Shown: positions 25,628 through 38,880 of the stretch, one piece after another
Layout of the letters: each line of letters opens with the position of its first letter
How positions within the stretch are numbered: position 1 is the first letter of the stretch
Origin: the human T2T-CHM13v2.0 reference genome, Homo sapiens
DNA length: 64,000 nucleotides
Assembly: GCF_009914755.1 (NCBI RefSeq)
Contig: NC_060929.1
Direction: 5' to 3' (one strand)
Position numbers and translations under genes: made by a program
Notes under the pieces: model-generated
The model's database searches: none
What the model saw: the letters and a program-made list of their open reading frames with translations, nothing else
What the model was told of the DNA's origin: nothing

Positions 25628-28600
25628 TAAAAATTTCAATAGGTTTTTGGAAAACAGGTGGTGTTTGGTACATGGATAAGTTCTTTAGTGGTGATTTCTG
25701 AGATTTTGGTGCACTTGTCACCCAAGTAGTGTAAACTCTACCCAATGTGTAGTCTTTTATCCCTCACCCCCTCCCACCCTTTCTCCCAAGTCCCCAAAGT
25801 ACATTGTATCATTCTTATGCCTTTGGGTCTTCACAGCTTAGCTCCCACTTATGAGAACAGGTGATGTTTGGTTTTCTCTTCCTGAATTACTTCACTTAGA
25901 ATAATGGTCTCCAGTTCTATCCAGGTTGCTGCAAATGCCATTATTTCATTCTTTTTCGTGGCTGAGTAGTATGCCACGGTTATATATATACCACATTTTC
26001 TTTATTCTTTCATTGATTGATGGGCATTTGGGCTGGTTCCATATTTTTGCAGTTGCGAGTTGTGCTGCTATAAATGTGTGTGCAAGTACCTTTTGCATAT
26101 AATGACTTCTTTTCCTCTGGGTAGATACCTAGTGGTGGGATTGCTGAATCAAATGGTAGATCTACTTTTAGTTTTTAAAGGAGTCTCCGCCGGGTGTGGT
26201 GGCTCACACCTGTTTTCCCAGCACTTTGGGAGGCCGAGGTAGGTAGATCACGAGGTCAGGAGATCAAGACCATCCTGGCCAACATGGTGAAACCCTGTCT
26301 CTACTAAAAATACAAAACTTAGCTGGGAGTGGTGGCACATGCCTGTAATCCTAGCTACTTGGGAGGCTGAGGCAGGAGAATCACTTGAACCAGGGCATCA
26401 GAGATTGCAGTGAGCCAAGACAGTGCCACTGCACTCCAGCCTGGCCACAGAGCGAGACTCTGTCAAAAAAATAAAAAATAAAATAAGGGAGTCTCCGTAC
26501 TGTTTTCCATAGTACTTGTACTAGTTTACATTCTCACCAGCAGTATAAAAGTGTTCCCTTTTCACCACATCCATGCCCATCTATTATTTTCTTATTATGA
26601 CCATTCTTTCAAGAGTGAGGTGGTATTGCATTGCAATTTTGATTTGCATTTCCATGATCATTAGTGATGTTGAGCATTTTTTCATATGTTTGTTAACCAT
26701 TTGTATATCTTCTTTTGAGAATTATCCATTCCTGTCCTTAGCCCACTTTTTGATGGGATTGTTTGTTTTTTTCTTGCTGATTTGTTTGAGTTCCTTGTAG
26801 ATTCTGGATATTAGTCCTTTGTCAGATGTATAGATTGTGAAGATTTTCTCCCACTCTGTGGGTTGTCTGTTTACTCTGCTGATTATTTCTTTTGCTGTCC
26901 GGAAGCTTTTTAGTTTAATTAAGTCCCATCTATTTTTGTTTTTGTTGCATTTGCTTTTGGGTTCTTGGTCACAAAGTCTTTGCCTAAGCCAGCGTCTAGA
27001 AAAGTTTTTCCAATGTTATCTTCTAGAATTTTTATGGTTTCAGCTCTTAGATTTAAGTCTTTGATCCATCTTGAGTTGATTTTTATACAAGGTGAGAGGT
27101 GAGGATCCAGCTTTATTCTTCTACGTGTGGGTTGCCAATTATCCTAGCACTACTTACTGAATAGTGTGTCCTTCCCCCACTTTATATTTTTCTTTGCTGT
27201 GTCAAAGCTTAGTTGGTTGTAACTATTTAGCTTTATTTCTGGGTTCTCTATTCTGTTCAATTGAGCTATGTGCCTATTTTTATACCAGTAACAAGTTGTT
27301 TTGGTGACTGTGGCCTTATGGTATAGTTTGAAGTTTGATAGTGTGATGCCTCCAGATTTATTCTTTTTGCTTAGTCTTGTTTGGCTATGCGGGCTTTGTT
27401 TTGCTTCCATATGAATTTTAGGATCGGTTTTTCTAATTCTGTGAAGAATGATGGTGGTATTTTGATGCAATTGCATTGAATTTGTAGATTGCTTTTGGCA
27501 GTATGGTCATTTTCATCATATTGATTCTACCCATCCATAAGCATGGGATGTGTTTCCATTTGTTTGTGTCATTTATGATTTCTTTCAGCAGTGTTTTGTA
27601 GATTTCCTTGTAGAGGTCTTTCACCTCCTTGGTAAAGTATATTCCTTAGTATTTTAATTTTTTGCAGCTATTGTAAAAGAGGTTGAGTTCTTGATTTTAT
27701 TCTCAGCTTGGTCACTATCGGTGTATAGCAGTGCTACTGATTTGCATACATCGATTTTGTATCCTGAAACTTTACCAAATTCATTTATTAGATCTAGATT
27801 CTGGATGAGTCTTTAGGGTTTCCTAGACATACAATGATATCATCAGCGAACAGTGACAGTTTGACTTCCACTTTACCAATTCAGATGCCCTTTATTTCTT
27901 TTCTTGTGTGATTGCTCTGGCTAGGACTTCCAGTACTATGTTGAATAAAAGTGGTGAGAGTGGTCCTCCTTGGTGAGAGTGGGCATCCTAGTCTTGTTTC
28001 AGTTCTTGGGGGAAATACTTTCCACTTTTCCATGTTCAGTATAATGTTGGCTGTGGGTTTGTCATAGATGGTTTTTGTTACTTTAATGTATGTCCCTTCT
28101 ATGTCAATTTTGCTGAGGGTGGTAATCATAAAGGGATGCTGGATTTTGTCAAATGCTTTTTCTGTGTCTATTGAGATGATTATGTGACTGTTATTTTTAA
28201 TTCTGTTTATGTGGTGTATCACATTTATTGACTTCCATATGTTAAACCATCCCTGCATCCTGGGTAAGAAACCCATTTGATCATGGTGGATTACCTTTTT
28301 GATATGCTGTTGGATTTGGTTAGCTAGTATTTTGCTGAGGATTTTTGCTTCTGTGCTTTTCGGGGATACTGGTTTGTAGTTTTCTTTTTTTGTTATGTTC
28401 TTTCCTGGTTTTGGTATTAGGATGATGCTGGCTGCAGAGAATGATTTAGGGAGGATTCCCTCTTTCACTATCTTTTGAAATAGTTGTCAATAGCATTGGC
28501 ACCAATTCTTTGAATGTCTGATAGAATTCAGCTTTGAATCCGTCTGGTCCTTGACATTATTTTTGTTGACAATTTTTTTTTTTTTTTACTATTGATTCAA

Positions 28601-29151
28601 CCTTGCTACTTGGATTGGTCTGCTGAGTTTCTATTTCTTCCAGGTTTAATCTAGGTGCACTGCATATTTCCAGGAATGTATCCATCTCCTCTAGGTTTTC
28701 TAGTTTATGTGTGTGCAGGTGTCCATAGTAGCCTGAAATAATCTTTTGTATTTCTGTGATATGAGTTGTAATATCTCCTGTTTTGTTTCTAATTGAGCTT
28801 ACGTGGATCTTCCCTCTTCTTTTCTTGGTTAATCTCACTAATGATCTATCAATTTCGTCTTTTCAAAGAACCAGCTTTCTGTTTGGTTTATTTTTTCTAT
28901 TGTTTTTTGTTTGTTTCTTTCAATTTCATTTAGTTCTGCTCCGATCTTTCTTATTTTCTTCTGCTGGATTTCAGTTTGATTTGTTTTTGTTTCCCTAGTT
29001 CTTTTGAGGTATGACCTTAGATTGTCTATTTGCACTCTTTCAGACTTTTTGATGTAGGCATTTAATGCTATGAACTTTCACCTTAGCACCATTTTTGCTG
29101 TATCGCAGAGATTTTGATAGGTTGTGTCACTATTATCGTTCAGTTCAAAGA
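25628..29151 (-). mobile_element. L1PB 5'-truncated (~3.2 kb without the Alu) with degraded ORF2 (RT region), inserted in an older L1M
   Basis: L1PB 3'UTR (GTTCTTTAGTGGTGATTTCTGAGATTTTGGTGCAC) and ORF2 peptides ([31 protein letters not shown]). 16-bp TSD AAAAAATTCAACTTTT at 25612-25627 and 29152-29167. Confidence 0.93.
26189..26485 (+). mobile_element. AluSc within the L1PB
   Basis: GATCACGAGGTCAGGAGATC, ATCCTGGCCAACATGG and the shortened CCTGGC.ACAGAG typical of Sc. TSD ending GGAGTCTCC on both sides. Confidence 0.88.
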
Positions 29152-30432
29152 AAAAAATTCAACTTTTGTGCTTATTAATTTTCTCTCTTTTTGTTTTCTA
29201 TTTCATTGATTTCCACCCTGATCTATATATTATAAGTTAATTTACATGAAAGGAGTTGGCTGCTTTTGAGGCTTGCTTTAAAGATCTCTCAGACTAGGCC
29301 GAAAGCAGGATTATTCTAGGGCTGATTTAGCCTCACTACTAAAGCAATAACCTTCTGATGACACTAACCAATGACCCATATATTGGAAAATCTTTCCATT
29401 CTGGTGGATGGAAACGAACACTAATTCTATCCTTTTTTATTTTTAACATGAAAATTGTTTTGCCTACTTTTTTTTCAGTGATTTATTACCCAGACTTAGG
29501 TAGTTTCCTCACATGCATGCATAGATCAATACTCAGCCGAAGATTCAAGTGGACCCCTCTAGAGATCTTAGAGGTCTCTTTCTGTGAAAGTCCTTTCTTC
29601 CTGTGTTTCCCCCAACAGATTCTAGCTGCTTTGGTTTTAAAATTCCAGCCCTTTCTCCTCAACTCAATATGATTGTGAGGGCTCTCTGTGTTCCCCCTCT
29701 GTGAATGGCACATTGGAAATGTTCTCTAGAATGAGGTGGATTACTTATTCTTTTGGATTCATTTTTCATATTTCTAAATACAAGAGATGTACTGCTTGCT
29801 TATAATTAAGGTGAAAAGGCTTCTGTTGTCCTTCCTTAAAGTTTAATTTATGCAACATTGTGTATGTATTATCACCCTGAATAAATAAATCAGTATTTCT
29901 CCGTTACTAAAATATAAAATTTTATATTCCTTAATTCCATGAAAGGCTATCAGCCCATGTACTAGGTCCCAGCTCTCAGACTGGTATAACTTAACAGTAA
30001 TTTTCTTATGTACATGGCTCAATAAATCAGGGATAAATTCTGATATTTCAGGTATTAGGCACAGCATTCTTTGCCACTGAGATGTAAAGTCTTCCCGGAA
30101 ATTCCCATGCAACTTCTCAGGAACTAGTTCTAATTGCTACCATCTCAACTGTGAGCAGGTTTGGGAAAGCAGTTCTGTTCTAAAGGCTAAAGTTCTTATT
30201 TGTCTCAAAGAACTCCCAACTCCAAATGTAGGGATAATTACATCCCCTATACATTTAATGTGCTTCAATTAAAATTATTTCATTACAAAAATTTACAAAG
30301 TTGCAATTTAAAAAATTTCATCTAGGGAAGGTGACGGTAGGAGCAAGGTAATTTATACAGCGTAAGCCCAACCAATCTCATGGCAATCGTGGGTAAGCAT
30401 GGGTTCTGCAAATAAAATATGCGCCTTTAAGA

Positions 30433-30855
30433 ATAGACTGGATTAAGAAAATGTGGCACATATACACCATGGAATACTATGCAGCCATAAAAAATGATGA
30501 GTTCATGTCCTTTGTAGGGACATGGATGAAATTGGAAATCATCATTCTCAGTAAACTATCGCAAGAACAAAAAACCAAACACTGCATATTCTCACTCATA
30601 GGTGGGAATTGAACAATGAGATCACATGGACACAGGAAGGGGAACATCACACTCTGGGGACTGTTGTGGGGTGGGGGGAGGGGGGAGGGATAGCATTGGG
30701 AGATATACCTAATGCTAGATGACGAGTTAGTGGGTACAGCACACCAGCATGGCACGTGTGTACGTATGTAACTAACCTGCACAATGTGCACATGTACCCT
30801 AAAACTTAAAATATAATAATAAAAAATAAATAAAAAATAAAAAAATAAAAAAAAA
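30433..30855 (+). mobile_element. Young L1 (L1PA2-like) 3' fragment
   Basis: Near-consensus 3'UTR (CTCAGTAAACTATCGCAAGAAC, AATGAGATCACATGG, CTAGATGACGAGTTAG with GAG rather than the Ta-type ACA). A-rich tail and a possible short TSD AAGAA. Confidence 0.93.
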
Positions 30856-30890
30856 GAACTTTAAAAAAAAAAAAAGAGTGTCATCTTTTC

Positions 30891-31244
<354 letters not shown>

Positions 31245-32024
31245 TCAACTTTTCCCCAAATCAAAGTGGCATTAGAATTTACAAAGTTCACAATTTAGCA
31301 CAGGTTAAGTTAGAGCTACAAGTGCTTATTCCAGTAACACAGTGTCATTGTTGACACAGAGCCTTGACCTGCATATGCCAGTTGCTAAAAGATGGATACA
31401 TCCATCTTGTCTCACTAATGTGAGAAGGAAAAGTATCAATTGTATAAGGTTTACACAGCAAGAGCCACCCAACGCTTCCAAGTACTTCCTTAGTTGAGAG
31501 GCGCTGGTACCACAAAGGCTTTTCCATCACTATTCTGAGATGTATGTCATTAGATCCAACTTTGGAACTGTAAGCATTCTGCATAGATTTTTTTGACAGC
31601 CCAAAGAGTGTATCGTTACTTTTTTTTTTTTTTTTTTGAGACTGGAGCACCAGTAAAAAGGAGTATAGTAAAGCACTAGGTACAAGTCCATCGTTTTCTA
31701 TATTTTTTCAACATTGAATAATTTTTCAATGCGTAACAGATCCTCATGATTCAAAAATGAAAACAACACAAAAAGGTATATGTTGAAAATTACTGCTCCC
31801 CCCTCATCCCCCAATCACTTTCACTCTTCCCCCTTCTCTCTTACTAATTTCTTGTGTTAACTTTTCAGTTGTTTTTAATGCAAACACAGCAATTTTAAGT
31901 ATGCATTTTTTCTTTTTAATACAAATGTTAGCATAACATATAGCATACTATGAACTTTGCTTTTTGACTTCATAATATAGTCTTGAGATATTTTCACCTG
32001 AATATTGATATAGTATTGAGTAGT

Positions 32025-32155
32025 ATTTTTTTATTTTTTAGAGACGGAGTCTTGCTATGTTGTCCCAGTCTGGCCTTGAACTCCTGGTCTTAAGTGATCC
32101 TCCCACCTCAGCCTCCTCAATAGCTGGGACTACAGGTGCACACCACTGCACCCAG
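32025..32155 (-). mobile_element. FLAM monomer within old L1M sequence
   Basis: AGAGACGGAGTCTTGCTATGTTG...GAACTCCTGG...GCTGGGACTACAGG. Confidence 0.8.
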
Positions 32156-32869
32156 TTTTGAACAGTGTTACTTTTTATGTGAACATATCATATTTTAGTT
32201 AACCAGTCCACTCCTGATGTACACCTGGGTTGTTTCCTATCTTTTGCTATAATAAGCAATGCAGCAATAAAAAATCTTACACGTACTTTATTTGGTATGT
32301 GTTCTAGTTTAGCTGTAGGATAAATTTCCAGAAGTGTGTCTACTAGGTCAAAAGGCAAATGCATTTATAACTTTGACAAATAGTCATATTTCTTTGTAAA
32401 GTGTTTGTACAATTTCTTACTCTTACAAATAGATTGGCTTTGCTCATAGCTTTGTCATCAGTATGTTGTCAAATTTGTATTTTTTACAACATAATAAAGA
32501 AGTCATATTTTAATGTAGTTCCAATCTACATTGCCCAATTTATTAGTCAGCTTAAATAATTTTATATGCATAATAATAAATTATGTTTATTTCTGTGAAC
32601 TCAATTTTTTTACCTGCTTTTCTGTAAATTTATTGACCTTTTCTTATTTATATTAAGAAATATTTATAATTAGACAGATTGGCTCTTTTAACATAAGTCA
32701 CAAATATTTATTCTCAGAAAGTCATTTATGTGGGGTTTTACTTATGGTATATATTTACCAGGCAAGAGGTTGTTTCTTTTTAATTTAGTTGTTCTTCTAT
32801 AGTTTCTGAGTGTTAAGTCCTAGAAAGTCCTTTCCAAATCCAAGGTTATAAAGGAATTCTTCCATCTAC

Positions 32870-33372
32870 TTTATACATATATCTGTACACATATATATTT
32901 ACATACATTTATATATATACATATATTATGTATATGCATGCATATGTATATGTATGTATATGTACATGTATGCATATGTATACGTACATATTATATATAC
33001 ATATATTTATATATGCATATACACATATATTTATATATTTATACTATATTTATATAATTATATATTTATATTTATATTTATATATTATATAAAATATATA
33101 ATATATAAATATATTTTTATATATTTATATTATATTATGTATATATAAATATATTTATATGCATATATTTACATACATTTACATACACATATACATATAT
33201 GTATGTGTGTATACATATATATATATATGTTTTTATATATATGAGGGAGTCTTGCTATGTTATCCATGCTGGAATACTGTGGTTATTCATGGACACTATA
33301 TATGTACATAGATATATATAGATATATATACACACACACACATATATATATATATAAAATATATAATATATA
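32870..33372. repeat. TA/CA-rich low-complexity microsatellite region
   Basis: About 500 bp of degenerate (TA)n/(TATG)n, interrupted by a duplicated FAM piece. Confidence 0.92.
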
Positions 33373-33541
33373 TTTTTTTTTTGAGAGGAAGTCTTTCTAT
33401 GTTATCCATGCTGGAGTGCTGTGGTTATTCATGGGCACAATGATCACACACTACAGTCTTGAACTCCTGGGCTCATCCTCCTTCATCCTCTTCATCCTCC
33501 AGACTGGCTGGGATTACAGGTTTGGACCACCACAGGCATCT
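33373..33541 (-). mobile_element. FAM (fossil Alu monomer)
   Basis: CTATGTT..CCA.GCTGGAGTGC.GTGG.TATTCA..GGC...ATGATCA...CACTACAG.CTTGAACTCCTGGGCTCA, the 7SL-like FAM pattern. Confidence 0.75.
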
Positions 33542-34624
33542 CACGTACTTTTATTTTTGTTTTACACTTACATATTTGATTTATCTGAAATTTACTCTGG
33601 TGCTTAGTTTGAGGCATGGATCTTATTTTATCTTTTCCAGATGGCTCCCAATTGCCCAAGCACCATGTATTAGACAGTCTAACTTTTTTGACTTTTTGAT
33701 ATATAACCTTTATGACATATTAAATCTAAGCATGAATGTAGCTCTATTTCTGAACATTTTATTTTGTTCTATCAACAGAGGAGAAAGTGGGAAGCAATAT
33801 GAGATAACTACTAATATATCTGAAACTATGCTAAATTTATTACTTGTTATGGAACAGAGAAATATGTTCTTAGGAGACGGTCTTTCTGAATAAAACAAAA
33901 AGCTAACCGTATAGAGTTTGGGGAAATATGAAGGTTAAGAATTGGCTAATTTTCAAAACTGAGAAATTTTTAAGGATTGGCTGACACTTAGCATGGAGTT
34001 TAGAGAACAAGTGACTTTCAGAGTGGGTTTACTGAACCAGAGGTGTGATTGATTGATTGACTGATTGGAGATGATTTAAATCAGTGCTGTGGTTATTTAT
34101 TTACACAGTACTACAGACTAGGAACAAGCAAATTTGGAATGTAGGAAGTTTGTCTCCTCTGTTCCATTTTCTGTTCATCTATTCATGTTATGTCCTTATT
34201 CCAACCAAGCCCATCATGTTATACAACCATAAGTCTCGTGGGTCTATTCATGAAAATTTCATGAGTGAGGTAATTTCATAATCACATGAGCCACGGATAG
34301 TATGTCTGGTTCCTTAAAAACTTTGGTGAATTTATTTTTAACAGTTCTGTTTTCACCTTCTATTTTCCCCATTGATTCTGGGTAGTATGGGCAGAATTAG
34401 GTATTGCCGAATCTTTAGGGCTTTACAGATTCACTTAAAATATAGTTTATAAAATATGTGCCTTGGTTCTGTTCATAGGTGAGACTATTACAAACCTAGA
34501 AATGAAGTCATGTAAATATGTCTTGCTGCCAATTATTTTGCCAGTTTTTGCACAAAAATATGCACCTATCAATCCTGAAACGGTACTATATACAATCACT
34601 AAAATATTTTAATGGAATAAATAC

Positions 34625-35230
<606 letters not shown>

Positions 35231-37106
35231 TGACCAATATGGGACTCTTCGGAGTAATCTTAAGTTTATGATATTTCAGGTTTGCTGTTATGTACTACTC
35301 ATTCATCTGGGTTTCATCTTTATAAATTTTATCTCTATGTCTACTTCTGTTACATTTTTATGTAGGTTAATGTGTTTTAAAATTATTTAATTTTATTTTA
35401 TGTTTTACTGTCAATTTATGGAGTTTTATATGACAGCAACGATAAATGCATGTGTTTACATACATTTTTCCACTAGAAATCTTCCCATAGTACTGTAATT
35501 ATTACTTTATCTGTCTCAGACTAATTAAAAATCCTCTGAAAGAATACCTATGACTTATTCATTTTTGTATAATTAAAACAATAGTAAAATATGAAGAATA
35601 AAACAATAATATAGTGATAATAAAATTTAGACAATGAAATAGTAATAAAATTTAGCCCAAGGTAAACCACCATAGGTTCTCACTAGATTATTATTATTTT
35701 AATTAACTTGTATACTGCAAAATACAGGCACAGCTGAGAGAAGGAACTTTTTAAAGGCTGCAGTGATAGGAAATCTTCTACCAGAGTGTGTTGTGCTTTA
35801 ATTAAATTGTTTGGATCTGACAGGGGGGTGAAAGTTTTTCTGTTCAGTTCTCATTATCCATTTTAATCCACTTATTCTCAATATAAGCAACTTGCTTAGA
35901 TTTGAAATAAGATTAAATCTTACCCAGAAAAAAAACAGAACACGGCAACAGAGTGAATTGCTGTCATTTTATGTCAAGTAAAATAAATTTCATTTCATGA
36001 TGATATGTGGTACACTATAATAAATTCTCAACCCTGTTACTGCCTGTTTTCCCAGGAAAAAACATAAACATTCCATTCCAAGAACTGCTTTCTATCCACA
36101 AAAAGTTGTTCATGAAATAATTACCTCTTCCTCTCCTCAAAATCATTGGATTGATAAAGTTTCCCTACAGAAGCCTTACATCCATTCGTTGCAATGTTCT
36201 TTGCATTGGCCTTCATTCAATACAGAAAATGAGAGAACCAAATTTATCATAAATGGAGCATTCTTATGTACATTTATACTGACATTTATTGACTCACAGA
36301 AGAGAATCCATTTGATGTTAAGAATAAAATAACTGACCATATTTTCATTTTACCACTCAATCCAAAAACAATAGTTAGCAATGCTAGGAAAGTGGATATT
36401 CCAGCTGTCATAAAGATAAAAATTTTAATACTGACTGCTGATAAAACTCTAAAATTAACATTTCTTCCATCCCTCTGTCTTTCCTTCATTCCTTCTCCCT
36501 CTCACACATTGCCTTGAAGGAGTAATACTTGATAGATAGTAAAAAAATTAAAGTACAAAGGTATATGGTAAAAACAGGTTGATGGCTCATCACCAGTCTC
36601 TTGTCTCTCTCCCCATAGGCACCTGCTGGGGAACAGCCAATTTAATGTGAATCATTCTAGATATAGTCTATGCTATACATGTGTATATACACAGATGTTA
36701 AATTTTTAATTTTTCTCAAAGGTTTGCATATCACACATACTTTTTGAACCTTCATTATCACATCATAATATACATAGGAGAGTTTCTATTTAGGAATATT
36801 TATGTTTAACAGCTGTGACTGCCATTGCGTAGATGTGGCAGCACTGAACATATATCCTACTGGTGAAAATTTAGGTGGTTTTTACTTTTATGTTACTACA
36901 AACAATGTGGTAATATATACTCTAGTATATATTCTTCATACATAAGGGATAAATATCTGCAGAATAAATTCCCAAATATGTAATTGCTGGGGAATGAAGT
37001 ATGTATACTTACCATTTTGAGAGACATTTCTAATTTGCAAGTTTATAATCCCACTGAATGTATGGATGGTCTGGGTTCTCCATACCACATATGTTATCAA
37101 ATTTTC

Positions 37107-37256
37107 ATGCGGTGTTTGGTTTTTTGTTCTTGCGATAGTTTACTGAGAATGATGGACCAGCATGGCACATGTATACATATGTAACTAACCTGCACAATGT
37201 GCACATGTACCCTAAAACTTAAAGTATAATAAAAAAAAAAGCTACCAAAAAAAAAA
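37107..37256 (+). mobile_element. Very short young L1 (L1PA2/L1HS-like) with 5' inversion-deletion
   Basis: Antisense 3'UTR piece at 37107-37155 joined to the sense terminal piece at 37156-37230, then A10-GCTACC-A10. TSD AAATTTTCAT at 37099-37108 and 37254-37263. Confidence 0.92.
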
Positions 37257-38826
37257 TTTTCATTTTTTCTGTCCTGATTGAAAAATCTGGACTCTTTTAG
37301 TTTTATTTTGCATTTATCTATTATAAATAAGGTCCAGCATTCTTTCATTATTATAAGTGCCATTTCGATTTGACTTTTTATATTCTTTGCCTACTTCTCT
37401 ATTGGACGGTTGATTGGTACAAGTTTATTATATTAATGACATTAGTTCTTATTATCTTTTGTGCTGCAACTATTTTTTCCTAATTTTTAGTTATTGTTTG
37501 AACCAATTTATGTTAAAATTTTTGTTTTTAGGAAGCCAAATATATCTTATTTTAATTGCTTCTGGTTTCTGTTTGATTGTTCAGAGAGAGAATAAGAGTT
37601 CAAAATGTTTCTCTTATTTTCTTTTAGCAATCTTTAGTAACCTCAACTACCTTTTAAAATCCACGTTACACAAAAAATGCTTTACCTGGGATGTATTTGG
37701 CTCTAAAAAGCGAAGTATGAGTTCAGCTGTCACTATATCTATAATTTACTTTGAAGTTTTTTTTTTTTGCACATATAGTATGATACCATGTGTGTTACTT
37801 AGCTTATGCTATATTGCAGATGAGCTAGTGTTACATCAGAAAACAAGTACTCCTGAGGAGCAACCACAGGCTCTTCTGTTATCCCAATCTCCATCAAGCC
37901 ATGCTTTTCTAATTAGTATATTGGACATCAGAAATTGTTTTCTATTGATAAAAATTCTATTGAAAATTGTTACCTGCTCACTAGCTTGATGAAAATTAGA
38001 AATACAATCTTATTGATGAAATTAAAGGTCTTTAAGATACATAGATAGGTCAAAAAAATTTCGAGTCACTCTCTACTCATGCATGAACAGGATTTAAGAA
38101 TACATTGAGGCCATACTTTGCACCTTTAGGGATGGAGCTAGAGCCTTGAATCTTGAAACAGTTCCGGATCCAGCCATTGGTTTAAAAGATTGGTTGATGC
38201 TGATTATATGATGCTGTTGATTATATGAGTAACAAAATCTTTTCTCATGAATGTTGTCAGGTCTACCTCATGTGCATCTTTTAAGGAAGTTAGTGGTTAG
38301 AGCACCTCAAACTTTAGTCAACTGGACTTCATCAAGTTTACAGAGCAGGTCATGGATTGTTTTGTGCTGTTTGCTGTTGATTGTTTAATCAGTGTTTATA
38401 TGTGGAAATTTGCTTGCTTTCTAACCAAAGGAATACCTGACTTTGTCCATCTCCTCAAGGGTTTTCAGTGGCTACTGTTATATATCCAAACTTAGCTGTA
38501 CATACTCAATAAGCTTGAGTCAGCTGGTCACAACTTAATTCATTACTGATAGTCGTTTTCTTGCTCTAATCTCATCTGCTAAGTAATTCATATTTCCCTG
38601 CTGATTTGAAGGGCCATATTTATCATATAATAAATTCCCATAGACATTTGAGTCTGTTTCTGGATTCTGCATTCTGTTTACTCAATCTATGCTAGCATCA
38701 ATTTTTTAATTTATATTTTAGCTTATTTTTGAGAATTTTTTGAGTTATTTAGTACAACTTTATTTTTTCATGTAAACAAAGAATATTGTCTCCCCCAACC
38801 CCTACCATAAAAAAATCCATTGACAT

Positions 38827-38827
<1 letters not shown>

Positions 38828-38872
<45 letters not shown>

Positions 38873-38880
38873 CATTTATC
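38828..38880. repeat. (CTAT)n tetranucleotide STR
   Basis: About 11 perfect CTAT units, followed by MIR-like sequence to ~39000. Confidence 0.95.

Noticed and set aside
27150-29035. Reverse-transcriptase-like ORFs as a novel retroelement system
   Set aside because: They are ordinary fragmented L1 ORF2 of a truncated L1PB.
30856-30875. GAACTTT + A13 as an L1 3' transduction
   Set aside because: It is explained equally well by a short AAGAA TSD followed by a pre-existing A-tract.
37414-37989. 191-aa plus-strand ORF
   Set aside because: It has a non-ATG start, lies in T-rich decayed L1M-like sequence, and shows no recognisable domain or splice context.
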